A stretch of 64,000 nt of DNA from a virus (taxonomy: Duplodnaviria > Heunggongvirae > Uroviricota > Caudoviricetes), in the IMG/VR virus record IMGVR_UViG_3300027852_001421. One strand, written 5' to 3'. How positions within the stretch are numbered: the first letter of the stretch is position 1; each line of letters opens with the position of its first letter. The notes beneath the pieces were generated by a model that made no database searches, was not told the DNA's origin, and saw nothing but the letters and a program-made list of their open reading frames with translations. The translations under genes were made by a program, and so were the position numbers. This document shows, piece by piece, positions 56,211-64,000 of the stretch.

Positions 56211-56825
56211 TCAGGGCTCCATTTCGCAGTCGTCGTCTTTGTCGCAGCTGTCCTCAGGAGAACCTCGGACAGGGCGCCAATCTTCGCGCAGGCCCTTCTC
56301 CATCAGTTCAATGCTGTCCCAGCCATCAAGCCTGACCAGGTAGCTAATCTCCCGATCATCGAAGTCGCCAAAGCTCGTGCCACGGGGAAGCATATGGTCT
56401 TTTTGGAACTGCTTTGGATGTTCCAGCCATTTCTCGACTTTGAGGGCAACGGCCGCGAGGGACTTGTGGAAACCTTCCTTGTCGTGGATCTCTTCGCCGT
56501 TGCGATTAGAGAACTTGCTGAAGGCCTCACCGACAATGGTGTCGACCTTATCAAGTAGGATTGCCGAGGTCAGATACATCTCGATCTTGCCCTTGGGATC
56601 GTGCCCCGCTGCCAGAGCATTCCAGGCCGCGCCCTCATCGAAGCGGCGGCCTTCCAGACCCTCAAATGTTCCGAGCTTCCCGGCATCCCGGGCGCGCTGC
56701 ATCGCTTTCACGACGAGCTCTTCACGCGCGCAGCGGTGCAGGTAGACTCCGAAGGTCCGATCATAGGCGTGCTCATGATCGAAGATCGGGTCGAAGAAGG
56801 CCTTGGTGATGAGTCTATCGGTCAT
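56211..56825 (-). CDS. operon gene C: hypothetical protein; C-terminus DSCDKDDDCEMEP
   Basis: 1-nt gap to gene B and 6-nt gap to gene D. Confidence 0.5.
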   Translation of the reverse strand: MTDRLITKAFFDPIFDHEHAYDRTFGVYLHRCAREELVVKAMQRARDAGKLGTFEGLEGRRFDEGAAWNALAAGHDPKGKIEMYLTSAILLDKVDTIVGEAFSKFSNRNGEEIHDKEGFHKSLAAVALKVEKWLEHPKQFQKDHMLPRGTSFGDFDDREISYLVRLDGWDSIELMEKGLREDWRPVRGSPEDSCDKDDDCEMEP

Positions 56826-56831
56826 ATCAGA

Positions 56832-57341
56832 TCACCAGGCCGGGCTGTCGTAGTCAGGTCGGGTATGCTCTGCAGAGATCTTTGGCCGACCAAAAGGATC
56901 GCTGACACTCAGCGGCGCGCACTTGATGTCCGTGTATCCGCAGGCTTTCTCAATGGCTAAGATGGCGCGCTCCGCGATGTCCTGTCCGGCGTTCTTCTTG
57001 TGCAGGCCGAGGACCCCACGAATTCCGCTGGTCTTTTGAATCTCTTCTTTCACTCCAGAGGCAATCTCATCCCGGGCCGCGAAGCGACGCTCAACCCCAG
57101 CCTGGGCCTCATCTGAGATCTCAGAGATGCCGCGCCTGTCTTGCATGCCGAGATAGGAATGCTGGGACTCAATCGCGGATTTGATTTCCGACAGGGTTTT
57201 GACATCGATCGGTCCAGTGACCTTTTCGACGCCGACAAGCAGGCTGACATCGAGAAGGCCCTCGATTTGGCCTTGGCAGACATCAAGCTCTGCCATTGTC
57301 TCTCGGATACGGGCGGTCTTGCTGCGGAACGGGTTTTTCAT
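56832..57341 (-). CDS. operon gene D: paralog of gene A body (no DIEMAGP tail)
   Basis: TAGGAG 8 nt before ATG 57341. ELDVCQGQIEGLL and IRGVLGLHKKN blocks align with EIDICSGQIHGLI and LRGLFGFHEKD of gene A. Confidence 0.55.
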   Translation of the reverse strand: MKNPFRSKTARIRETMAELDVCQGQIEGLLDVSLLVGVEKVTGPIDVKTLSEIKSAIESQHSYLGMQDRRGISEISDEAQAGVERRFAARDEIASGVKEEIQKTSGIRGVLGLHKKNAGQDIAERAILAIEKACGYTDIKCAPLSVSDPFGRPKISAEHTRPDYDSPAW

Positions 57342-57402
57342 GGTGGAACTCCTAATGCTTGAAGGAATTCTGCGCGGAGGGCACGAAAATTCAAACAACC
57401 AA

Positions 57403-57658
57403 GTGGCTCTCGCACATCCCAAGAGATGTGCTGCCACCCTCACTCCAGCTCCGCTGAAGTGAGTATGCCTCTCCCAGAGATTTCCGGAGGAAACTCGTCG
57501 GAGCGACGCGCATCGCTTATGCGATGCGCTGGCTCACACCTCCATCCGGAGGTGTTGCCGACTGTCACACTGACTTCGCCAGTATGACTAGGCTCTCGCA
57601 CATCTAAAGAGATGTGCTGCCGCCCTCACTTCAGCTGCGCTGGAGTGAGTATGCGAAA
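57403..57658 (+). repeat. two about 68-nt direct repeats (57403..57470 and 57590..57658), each with two hairpins, flanking copy 2 of the 125-nt element (57469..57593)
   Basis: ggctctcgcacatc(cc/ta)aagagatgtgctgcc(a/g)ccctcact(c/t)cagct(c/g)cgctg(a/g)agtgagtatgc, about 90% identical; the second copy ends in TATGCGAAAAA. Confidence 0.55.
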
Positions 57659-57822
57659 AATCGTTGACCGGATGTAATCTCTGGCTTACATAGGCCTCAT
57701 GATGAACATGATCGCCTCCACCACGACGACAACAACCACCCATCCCGGGCGGAGCGTTGTCGTGTGAGTTGATCGGATCAACATACCAGACTTTGAACCC
57801 CGCCACCGACGCGGGGTTTTTT
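57652..57822 (+). promoter_or_regulatory. thrS-paralog leader: TGCGAAAAA motif, sigma70-like promoter TTGACC-17-TACATA, leaderless 22-codon leader peptide with 7 consecutive Thr codons (57699..57767), intrinsic terminator (57798..57822)
   Basis: ATG ATG AAC ATG ATC GCC TCC ACC ACG ACG ACA ACA ACC ACC CAT ... TGA; ccccgc-caccgac-gcgggg followed by tttttt, 45 nt before the thrS-like ATG. Confidence 0.6.
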
Positions 57823-57866
57823 ATTGTCTCGCGTCCAATCTGACACCCCTCAAAAGGACCAAGACA

Positions 57867-59117
57867 ATGAATGAGAACAGCCCCCAAGACCTGAATATTC
57901 CACAAGAGCAAGGCATGGACCCGCTGGACCATCGCGTGCTCGCGCGCCGCCTCGATCTCTATCACATCGAGGAAGATGCCCCGGGCATGATCTACTGGCA
58001 CTCTGCCGGCTGGCAGATCTACCGCGAGCTCGAAGACTACATCCGCGGCCGCATGCGCAGCCTGGGCTACGGCGAGGTGCGTTCGCCGCAGCTGCTGCCC
58101 CAGTCCCTCTGGGAGGCGTCAGGTCACTGGGAGAAGTTCGGCGAGAACATGTTCGCAGTGCCGGCGCGCGAGGAAGGCGGCCGGGACATGGCACTGAAGC
58201 CTATGAGCTGCCCCTGCCACCTGCAGATCTTCAACTCCGACCTGCGTTCCTGGCGTGATCTGCCGATGCGCATTGCCGAGTTCGGCCAGTGCCACCGCGA
58301 TGAGGCTTCTGGATCGATGCACGGGTTGATGCGCACCAAGGCCTTCGAGCAGGACGATGCCCATGTGATATGCGATGCCGATCAGGTCCGCGGCGAGGTG
58401 GCGCGTTTCGTTGAGCTGCTGAAGGAAGTTTATGCCGCCTTGGGTTTTGCCGATTTTGAAGTGGCGCTGTCGCTGCGCCCCGAAAAGCGTGCCGGCAATG
58501 ATGCAGATTGGGATCACGCGGAAAAGGAACTGCTGGAAGCGGCCCTCTCCTGCGGGCTCGACCCGAGGCTGCAGCTCGGCGAAGGCGCCTTCTACGGGCC
58601 CAAACTGGAGTTCGCGCTGCGCGACAAGAAAGGCCGTTCCTGGCAGTGTGGCACCATCCAGCTCGATATGGTCCTGCCGGGCCGTCTGGACGCCTCCTAT
58701 GTTGGTAAAGACGGCGCTAAACATGTGCCGGTCATGCTGCACCACGCGGTGCTGGGATCCCTGGGGCGCTTTATCGGCATCCTTCTTGAGCATTGTGAAG
58801 GCCGCCTGCCCCTTTGGTTGGCACCGGTGCAGGTGGCGGTGCTGCCAATCGGGGACGACCAGCGCGACGCCGCAGTTGCGGTCATGGATCAGCTGCGCGC
58901 GGCGGGGCTGCGCCCTGCCCTTTTTGATCAGTCCGAAGGGCTCGGCCGCCGGATCGTCATGGTCCGCGATCAGTTGATCCCGGTACAGATCGTGATTGGC
59001 AAACGGGAGGTGGAGCGCGGCGAAGTGATGCTGCAGATCGGCGGAGGCAAAGAGGCGCTGTCGTCGGCCGCGGCCATCGCGCGGCTGGATGAGCTTGCCG
59101 GGGTGCCGAAGGGGTGA
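57867..59117 (+). CDS. thrS: threonine--tRNA ligase paralog lacking the N-terminal TGS and editing domains (catalytic core plus anticodon-binding domain only)
   Basis: Begins about 20 residues before DHRVLARRLDLYHIEEDAPGMIYWH, which aligns with E. coli ThrRS from about residue 243. Class II motifs FRELE..IR, PMSCPCHLQIF, AEFGQCHRDEASGSMHGLMRTKAFEQDDAHV, GEGAFYGPKLEF and HHAVLGSLGRFIGIL all present. 416 aa versus about 640 for the full enzyme. Confidence 0.8.
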   Translation: MNENSPQDLNIPQEQGMDPLDHRVLARRLDLYHIEEDAPGMIYWHSAGWQIYRELEDYIRGRMRSLGYGEVRSPQLLPQSLWEASGHWEKFGENMFAVPAREEGGRDMALKPMSCPCHLQIFNSDLRSWRDLPMRIAEFGQCHRDEASGSMHGLMRTKAFEQDDAHVICDADQVRGEVARFVELLKEVYAALGFADFEVALSLRPEKRAGNDADWDHAEKELLEAALSCGLDPRLQLGEGAFYGPKLEFALRDKKGRSWQCGTIQLDMVLPGRLDASYVGKDGAKHVPVMLHHAVLGSLGRFIGILLEHCEGRLPLWLAPVQVAVLPIGDDQRDAAVAVMDQLRAAGLRPALFDQSEGLGRRIVMVRDQLIPVQIVIGKREVERGEVMLQIGGGKEALSSAAAIARLDELAGVPKG

Positions 59118-59324
59118 TGCATATCAGGCCGCTGAGAGGCGGCCTGCACTCTTTGATAAATCCGATAAAATTCCCTGCCGGAATGTTGGGTGACGTTTCG
59201 GTGGCGACACATGGTCAACCATAAGTGTGGATAACCTATCGTATCTGCGAAAACCGAGATTGTAGGGGCGTATTTTGCCCATAGCTGAACCGCGAGTTAA
59301 ACGCCCAACGCAAAGGTTCAACTA

Positions 59325-60275
59325 ATGCTTATTTCCGCAACGGCGATCTATGTCGCCATCTTCACCGTCGTGTTTCTCCTGATGGCCGCGTCGACCGTCG
59401 TCATCACACAGCAACAACACGTCAAGATCATCTCCACGTTCGGCAGGTTCTCCTCCGTCAAAAAATCTGGCTTGTCGTTCAAAGCGCCCTGGCCGTTCCA
59501 GGCGGCATCCCCGAACTTCTCTTTGAAGATCCGTGAGATCTCTGAAGATGTTAATGTGAAGTCTTCGGATAATGCCTTCGTGTTGGTGCCAATCCGCGTT
59601 CAGTTCTGCGTAGATGAAGATACAGCGCAGGACGCCTTCTACAAGCTGAACAACCCTGAGGGCCAGATCCGGTCCTACGTCGTCAATCAGGTGCGCTCCA
59701 CGGCCTCCAGCCTGTCGTTCAATCAGCTCTTTCAGGCTCGTGACACTTTCGAAGATGGTGTCGAAGGCACTCTGACCGAGAAGATGTCCGGTTTCGGCTT
59801 CCGGATTGAGAACGTGCTCGTTGATGACCCGCAGCCCTCGGAAGAACTCCGCCAGGCCTTCGACCGCGTCATCGCATCTGAGCGTCTGAAAGAAGCTGCG
59901 ATCAATGAAGGTGAAGCTGCGAAAACGCTGTCGATTGCAAAATCGCGCGCCGAAGGCGAAGCAATGAACATCAAAGCCGAAGCCTATGCGTCCTTCCGCA
60001 AAAAGGTGGCCGAAGGCAACGCAGAAGCGCTGCAGGCCTTTGTGGGCAGCACCGGCCTTTCGGCCAGCGCCGGCCTCGACTTCTTCACGTCGATCAATGA
60101 GATGGAAGCGCTGCGTGACGCTGCATCCGCGGGTGGCAGTGTGGTCTTTGTGACGGCCGCGGCAAAGGAAACCAAAGACGCTGCGACCATGGGCATGATC
60201 GCCGCAGGTCAGCAGGTGAAAACCCCAGCCAAAGCGACACCGCGCAAGGCAGCACAGCCAGCCAAAGCCAAGTAA
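59325..60275 (+). CDS. SPFH/band-7 (stomatin/prohibitin/HflKC-like) membrane protein
   Basis: N-terminal TM helix then VVITQQQHVKIISTFGRFSSVKKSGLSFKAPWPFQ and the rest of the SPFH domain. Ala/Lys-rich C-terminal tail. Confidence 0.7.
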   Translation: MLISATAIYVAIFTVVFLLMAASTVVITQQQHVKIISTFGRFSSVKKSGLSFKAPWPFQAASPNFSLKIREISEDVNVKSSDNAFVLVPIRVQFCVDEDTAQDAFYKLNNPEGQIRSYVVNQVRSTASSLSFNQLFQARDTFEDGVEGTLTEKMSGFGFRIENVLVDDPQPSEELRQAFDRVIASERLKEAAINEGEAAKTLSIAKSRAEGEAMNIKAEAYASFRKKVAEGNAEALQAFVGSTGLSASAGLDFFTSINEMEALRDAASAGGSVVFVTAAAKETKDAATMGMIAAGQQVKTPAKATPRKAAQPAKAK

Positions 60276-60396
60276 CGGCAATTCCGTATTGCAAAGTCAT
60301 CGGGCGCCAGGAAACTGGCGCCCTTCCTATTTTTGATATGCGCATTTTTCGCACTGTGATAAGCTATTCTGAATACACCCGACAAAGGATACCAAA

Positions 60397-61041
60397 ATGA
60401 CCGTAAAGTCCTCCGGCCAGATGGCCTTCCCCACCTATACTGGCGCGCGCTGCTACATGATACCCTTCATCCAGGGGCGTGCTGAAAGCCTGCCTGAAGC
60501 CTATGCGGGCTATGGTGATGTGGTGGAACGCTTCGCCCTGCCCGGCCAGGAGGGCGAGTTGGGTCTCATCACCATCGACGAGAGCATGGTAGCCGCCGGC
60601 GCATCGCAGCGTGGCTACGGCGCCGGGGATCGCACGATCCATACGGAAGCCTGCCTGCGCGAAAGCCTTCTGACCTGGGGGCCGAGCTCTCCCACCTGGG
60701 GCGACGGGCCCGGCTTTGTCGAGCTGGAGCGCGAAACGCGTGTGCTGATCGCCAACTCAATTCCGGACACCTGCATGATCTGGGACCTTGATGTCGAAGA
60801 CACCACAGCGGACGGCGATCTCTCGGCGCGCGCGGCCGAGTTCCCGCGGACATCAGGGCGTATGATGGCGGCCGGTGAAGTGGTGGAAATCGGGATCTTC
60901 ACCCCGCATGAGCCAATCGCACAGGCGGAGGCTGGGCCGCGCCAGTTCTTCCGGATCGTTGGTAAAGGGGTCCACGGCCGTGAAGAATATTTCACCCGGA
61001 ATCCAGTTCTGGAGAAGCGGGTGGGTCTGGCACAGCTTTAA
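60397..61041 (+). CDS. hypothetical protein (214 aa)
   Basis: TTTTTCGCA motif 50 nt upstream. Globular composition. Confidence 0.5.
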   Translation: MTVKSSGQMAFPTYTGARCYMIPFIQGRAESLPEAYAGYGDVVERFALPGQEGELGLITIDESMVAAGASQRGYGAGDRTIHTEACLRESLLTWGPSSPTWGDGPGFVELERETRVLIANSIPDTCMIWDLDVEDTTADGDLSARAAEFPRTSGRMMAAGEVVEIGIFTPHEPIAQAEAGPRQFFRIVGKGVHGREEYFTRNPVLEKRVGLAQL

Positions 61042-61251
61042 GACATACCTCCCTCGCGGCCGTTGCGCAGGATCCGAACCTCGCGCTGATCGACTGACAT
61101 AATGAGAAGATGGCCGAGTTTGACGAAGAAGAACTCGATGCCGAGCCTTCGTAAACGAGAAAGGCCCCGACAGTGATGCCGGGGCCTATGTTTCGATCTT
61201 TGCCCAAACAGGGCGAGCCACTCTTGCCTAGTATTCAGGATTTCTCAGATT

Positions 61252-62559
61252 CTAGGTTCTGCGGTTTCTCTTTAGTTTCACTTTGGGTCTCACGTGAACA
61301 GCATCAGGGTCAACAGGACGCTCAATAGGGTCCTTAACCTTGATCGCCTTGACCTTCTGTTCGTACCCAGAGGACGGGAAAACATCTCGGATATAGGGGT
61401 TCGAATCCAGCACCTTGTTGATCGCCAGGTTCGACAGGAGCTCCAGCCGCTTTTCCTGTCGTGGGCTCACATCTCCGATCTGGAGATCGTTGGTAATGGC
61501 CTCATGAGCGTAGCGGTAAGGATTGACCTCATTCATTACGAAATCACAGTAGGCCCGCACCCATGAAATTGGTCGTGCCCCACTGTCAGTGTTGGCGCGC
61601 GCCAAGGGAAGGTAGTTCTCAAAGCGTTTCAACGCATCACCGGGGCTTTTTGCATCATGTCGCCAATAGAACTCGGAGAAGTCATCCGAATGATAATCTG
61701 CACTTCGATACGCTGCCGCTTCCAGCTTTACTGGAGACTTCTTTGAGTAGGTCAGCATAAGATTGACGGCATCCGCCACATGAACACGGGATGGAGCTTT
61801 CACATTGATCCGCTCCGCAAGTTGATGGGAGTGATGGCCTCCAATATCATTGCTGAACATACATGCTTCAGCAAAATCTTCGACCTGCTTGGATGTCAGT
61901 CCCAAGACGTCCTCTGCCGCCAGATCCTTTCGAAGCAGCTTCGGCAGTAGAGCGGCAATATCTGTGAGAGCACCGATTACCTTCTCACGGTAGGGTTCAG
62001 CCTTCTGATGCGTTTCATTGAGGAGGGCTCTGATCTCCGGAGATTCATTTTCCCCCTCCTCACGGGAGGCATTTTCGAGCTCCTCTTCGCCTTGATCGAA
62101 GATCTTATCCAGTTTTTCGATCTCTACGACATTCCGATAGATTTCCTGGACAAGCTCATAGGCCCGCGCGGCGAGTTCCGCTCGGGCGGCGATATCTCCG
62201 GAGTCGATATAGGTTTCACGCCAGGACTGAACATTTGCCATCTGGTTTTGAGCCACGGTCAGCTTTTCGACGCGATAAGCAAGCCAGATCGCGATCGCGG
62301 AACCTGCAAGACCGATGGAGACGCCGACCACGCCCGAAAACCAGTCCGACACCGATCCCCAACGCGCCTTGTCCCCGTCAAACTCATCTCCTTGCATGAA
62401 GTTCTGGCCAAACTGATGGCTCAACCAAGTGGTGCCGAGGGCCAGCCCGACAAAGAGAAACAAGATGCCGAACAGTGCGCCGGCTGATTTCAAGCCCGGT
62501 GAGGCTCGCTTTCTCAGTTTAGGTTTATGGTTTGCTGCTGCGAGGTCTGAAGAAGTCAC
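61252..62559 (-). CDS. membrane-anchored hypothetical protein (2 N-terminal TM helices, 435 aa)
   Basis: Long ORF with hydrophobic segments at residues about 25-45 and 65-90. Confidence 0.55.
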   Translation of the reverse strand: MTSSDLAAANHKPKLRKRASPGLKSAGALFGILFLFVGLALGTTWLSHQFGQNFMQGDEFDGDKARWGSVSDWFSGVVGVSIGLAGSAIAIWLAYRVEKLTVAQNQMANVQSWRETYIDSGDIAARAELAARAYELVQEIYRNVVEIEKLDKIFDQGEEELENASREEGENESPEIRALLNETHQKAEPYREKVIGALTDIAALLPKLLRKDLAAEDVLGLTSKQVEDFAEACMFSNDIGGHHSHQLAERINVKAPSRVHVADAVNLMLTYSKKSPVKLEAAAYRSADYHSDDFSEFYWRHDAKSPGDALKRFENYLPLARANTDSGARPISWVRAYCDFVMNEVNPYRYAHEAITNDLQIGDVSPRQEKRLELLSNLAINKVLDSNPYIRDVFPSSGYEQKVKAIKVKDPIERPVDPDAVHVRPKVKLKRNRRT

Positions 62560-62757
62560 TTTTATACCTGTATCAATTCTAATCTATGGTGCGCGAAAAA
62601 TACGCAACTACGTCAAATTCTGATCTGCGCACCGGGGCTGATCGTCTTTCGGTTGTAAAGGGATGTCAATCTCCCTCATACTGTTATATGCTTGCTTTGG
62701 CTTAGTTATTTTCATGAGCCCAACATAATGTCTCCTTAAATTCGAAAGGAACGACAG

Positions 62758-63252
62758 ATGAAAGTAGAGCTCCGCTTTAGAAATACAGATCAGGGAGACA
62801 CGATTGCCTATCTCCGCACGGCTGGTGCTGCACCGGACGGCGGCCAGGCAGTGCGGTCGGAAGATGACTACGAGCATCTCGTTAAAGGTGTCATGGGCGC
62901 CCGGAACCGGCGACGCGAGATCCTGATCACCTCCAGCATGGAAAACGCCCGCACGGTGGCGCTCCTGCGCCGCGGTGACAGTCTTGGCGAAGCCCTGATC
63001 ACCGAGCTGGCTGATAATGTCTATGCCGTGGGCCTCACAACGCGCGATGGTGCCTATGACGATGGCATGCCGCTGATCTATGACTTGCGAGAAGTGGGAC
63101 GACCTCTCGAACTCCTGGGGGACTTCCAGCCATTGAACGACATCCACGTCGAGGTTGCCAATGGCCCACTTGAGTTGATCACGGCAGACCCCTGTGAGCC
63201 TGGCATCGAAGTCACCCAGATCGATGAAGACGAACTCGACATGGCAATGTGA
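62758..63252 (+). CDS. hypothetical protein (164 aa); C-terminus IDEDELDMAM
   Basis: AAAGGAA 7 nt before ATG. Confidence 0.5.
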   Translation: MKVELRFRNTDQGDTIAYLRTAGAAPDGGQAVRSEDDYEHLVKGVMGARNRRREILITSSMENARTVALLRRGDSLGEALITELADNVYAVGLTTRDGAYDDGMPLIYDLREVGRPLELLGDFQPLNDIHVEVANGPLELITADPCEPGIEVTQIDEDELDMAM

Positions 63253-63280
63253 TCTGTTGGCCGGGCCCTGCCCGGCCGCT

Positions 63281-64000
63281 CTATTTATCCTCTGCGGTAT
63301 CTTCAGCGTTTCTTGTAGCCTCGAGAAGCTGCTCGTACAGGTCTTCTGAAGATGAATATAGGGCCTCCCATGCCTCCCATTCGAGCCTCTGGGCCTCAAG
63401 CCAGATTTCAACGTAATAATCCGCGGCATCCTCGAAGGACGGATCGCGAAGGACCTTGTCGAACGCCAGGGCCGCCAGCGCATAGCTATTGCCGACGTTG
63501 GCGTGGTTGCCGTAGCCACAGGTCTGATCAGCAAAGTTCATCATTTGCTCAATCTCAATGATCGTGAGAGGCAGAATGAAATCGCTGAGTGCTTCCGGCG
63601 TCTCTTTGATCTCGGCAAATATGTTGATCGTCTCGCGGGCGCCTTGGGTGAAGAGGGCCTTGATAGAAGCCTTGCTGAGGTTACCCACCTCTCTGCATTG
63701 ATCATCCCTGCAGAGCTCCAGATCGCCGCGAGCAATTATGGGTTCAAGACAATCATCGCAGATGGTGCATTTCGCGGGGATATCCTGAGGTGCCAGGGTC
63801 CATACATAGCGCCGTTTCTGTCCCTCGGTACCATAGAGCTGCGTGCCATCGTGCTCCCAGTAGCCCACTTTGCGGCGACAGAGCGCACATCCGGTGTCTT
63901 CGACCTGGCTGCTGCTGTAGTACCACCCGGGGGTGTAGATGTTATCCACCTCGGGCACACCTGGACCTGTGTCGCGGGAGAAATCGGGCTTCTCGGTCAT
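63281..64000 (-). CDS. hypothetical Cys-rich protein (239 aa); its start codon is the last three bases of the window
   Basis: ORF begins with ATG at 64000-63998. Several CxxC pairs. C-terminus NAEDTAEDK. Confidence 0.5.
   Translation of the reverse strand: MTEKPDFSRDTGPGVPEVDNIYTPGWYYSSSQVEDTGCALCRRKVGYWEHDGTQLYGTEGQKRRYVWTLAPQDIPAKCTICDDCLEPIIARGDLELCRDDQCREVGNLSKASIKALFTQGARETINIFAEIKETPEALSDFILPLTIIEIEQMMNFADQTCGYGNHANVGNSYALAALAFDKVLRDPSFEDAADYYVEIWLEAQRLEWEAWEALYSSSEDLYEQLLEATRNAEDTAEDK

Noticed and set aside
1-64000. CRISPR arrays, integrases, transposases, rRNA
   Set aside because: No direct-repeat/spacer arrays, no recognisable recombinase or transposase motifs and no rRNA-like segments were found on either strand, so the island-like character rests on gene content only.

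Overview
This is a GC-rich (about 58-60% by eye), gene-dense bacterial chromosomal segment. Codon usage and recognisable homologs (SDR/pteridine-reductase-like enzyme, GluQRS, TrpRS, RTX protein, HipBA, DUF805 and YgjV-like membrane proteins) suggest Alphaproteobacteria. No rRNA, CRISPR array, integrase or transposase was seen. About 85 coding regions are supportable, and most are ORFans. Recognisable genes include two adjacent tRNA-Glu genes, glutamyl-Q tRNA(Asp) synthetase, a truncated ThrRS paralog (catalytic core only) behind a Thr-codon leader-peptide attenuator, and trpS behind a short Trp-Trp leader ORF. There is also an archaeal/eukaryotic-type peptidyl-tRNA hydrolase (Pth2), hipBA, RelE/ParE-like and HicA-like modules, and several nuclease-fold proteins (CoiA-like, GIY-YIG, PD-(D/E)xK, PLD-like). 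Others include a permuted SLOG (molybdenum-cofactor-carrier-like) protein, a divergent PurA-like enzyme in an operon with VWA and J-domain proteins, an NrtR-like Nudix-wHTH regulator coupled to a protein with ADP-ribosyltransferase-like motifs, an orphan prepilin-type protein, an RTX protein, SHOCT-like proteins, a GNAT and an SPFH protein. The strongest non-gene signals are (i) an 8-9 nt motif TGCGAAAA(A) present about 30 times and almost only in intergenic DNA, in two cases sitting directly against a sigma70-like -35 box; (ii) two copies of an approximately 125-nt intergenic element next to translation-related genes; (iii) a recurrent acidic, often proline-terminated C-terminal tail on many ORFans, including an identical DIEMAGP tail module duplicated at DNA level onto two unrelated adjacent genes of a four-gene operon. 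All functional calls are from motif-level reading of translations; no database search was possible.
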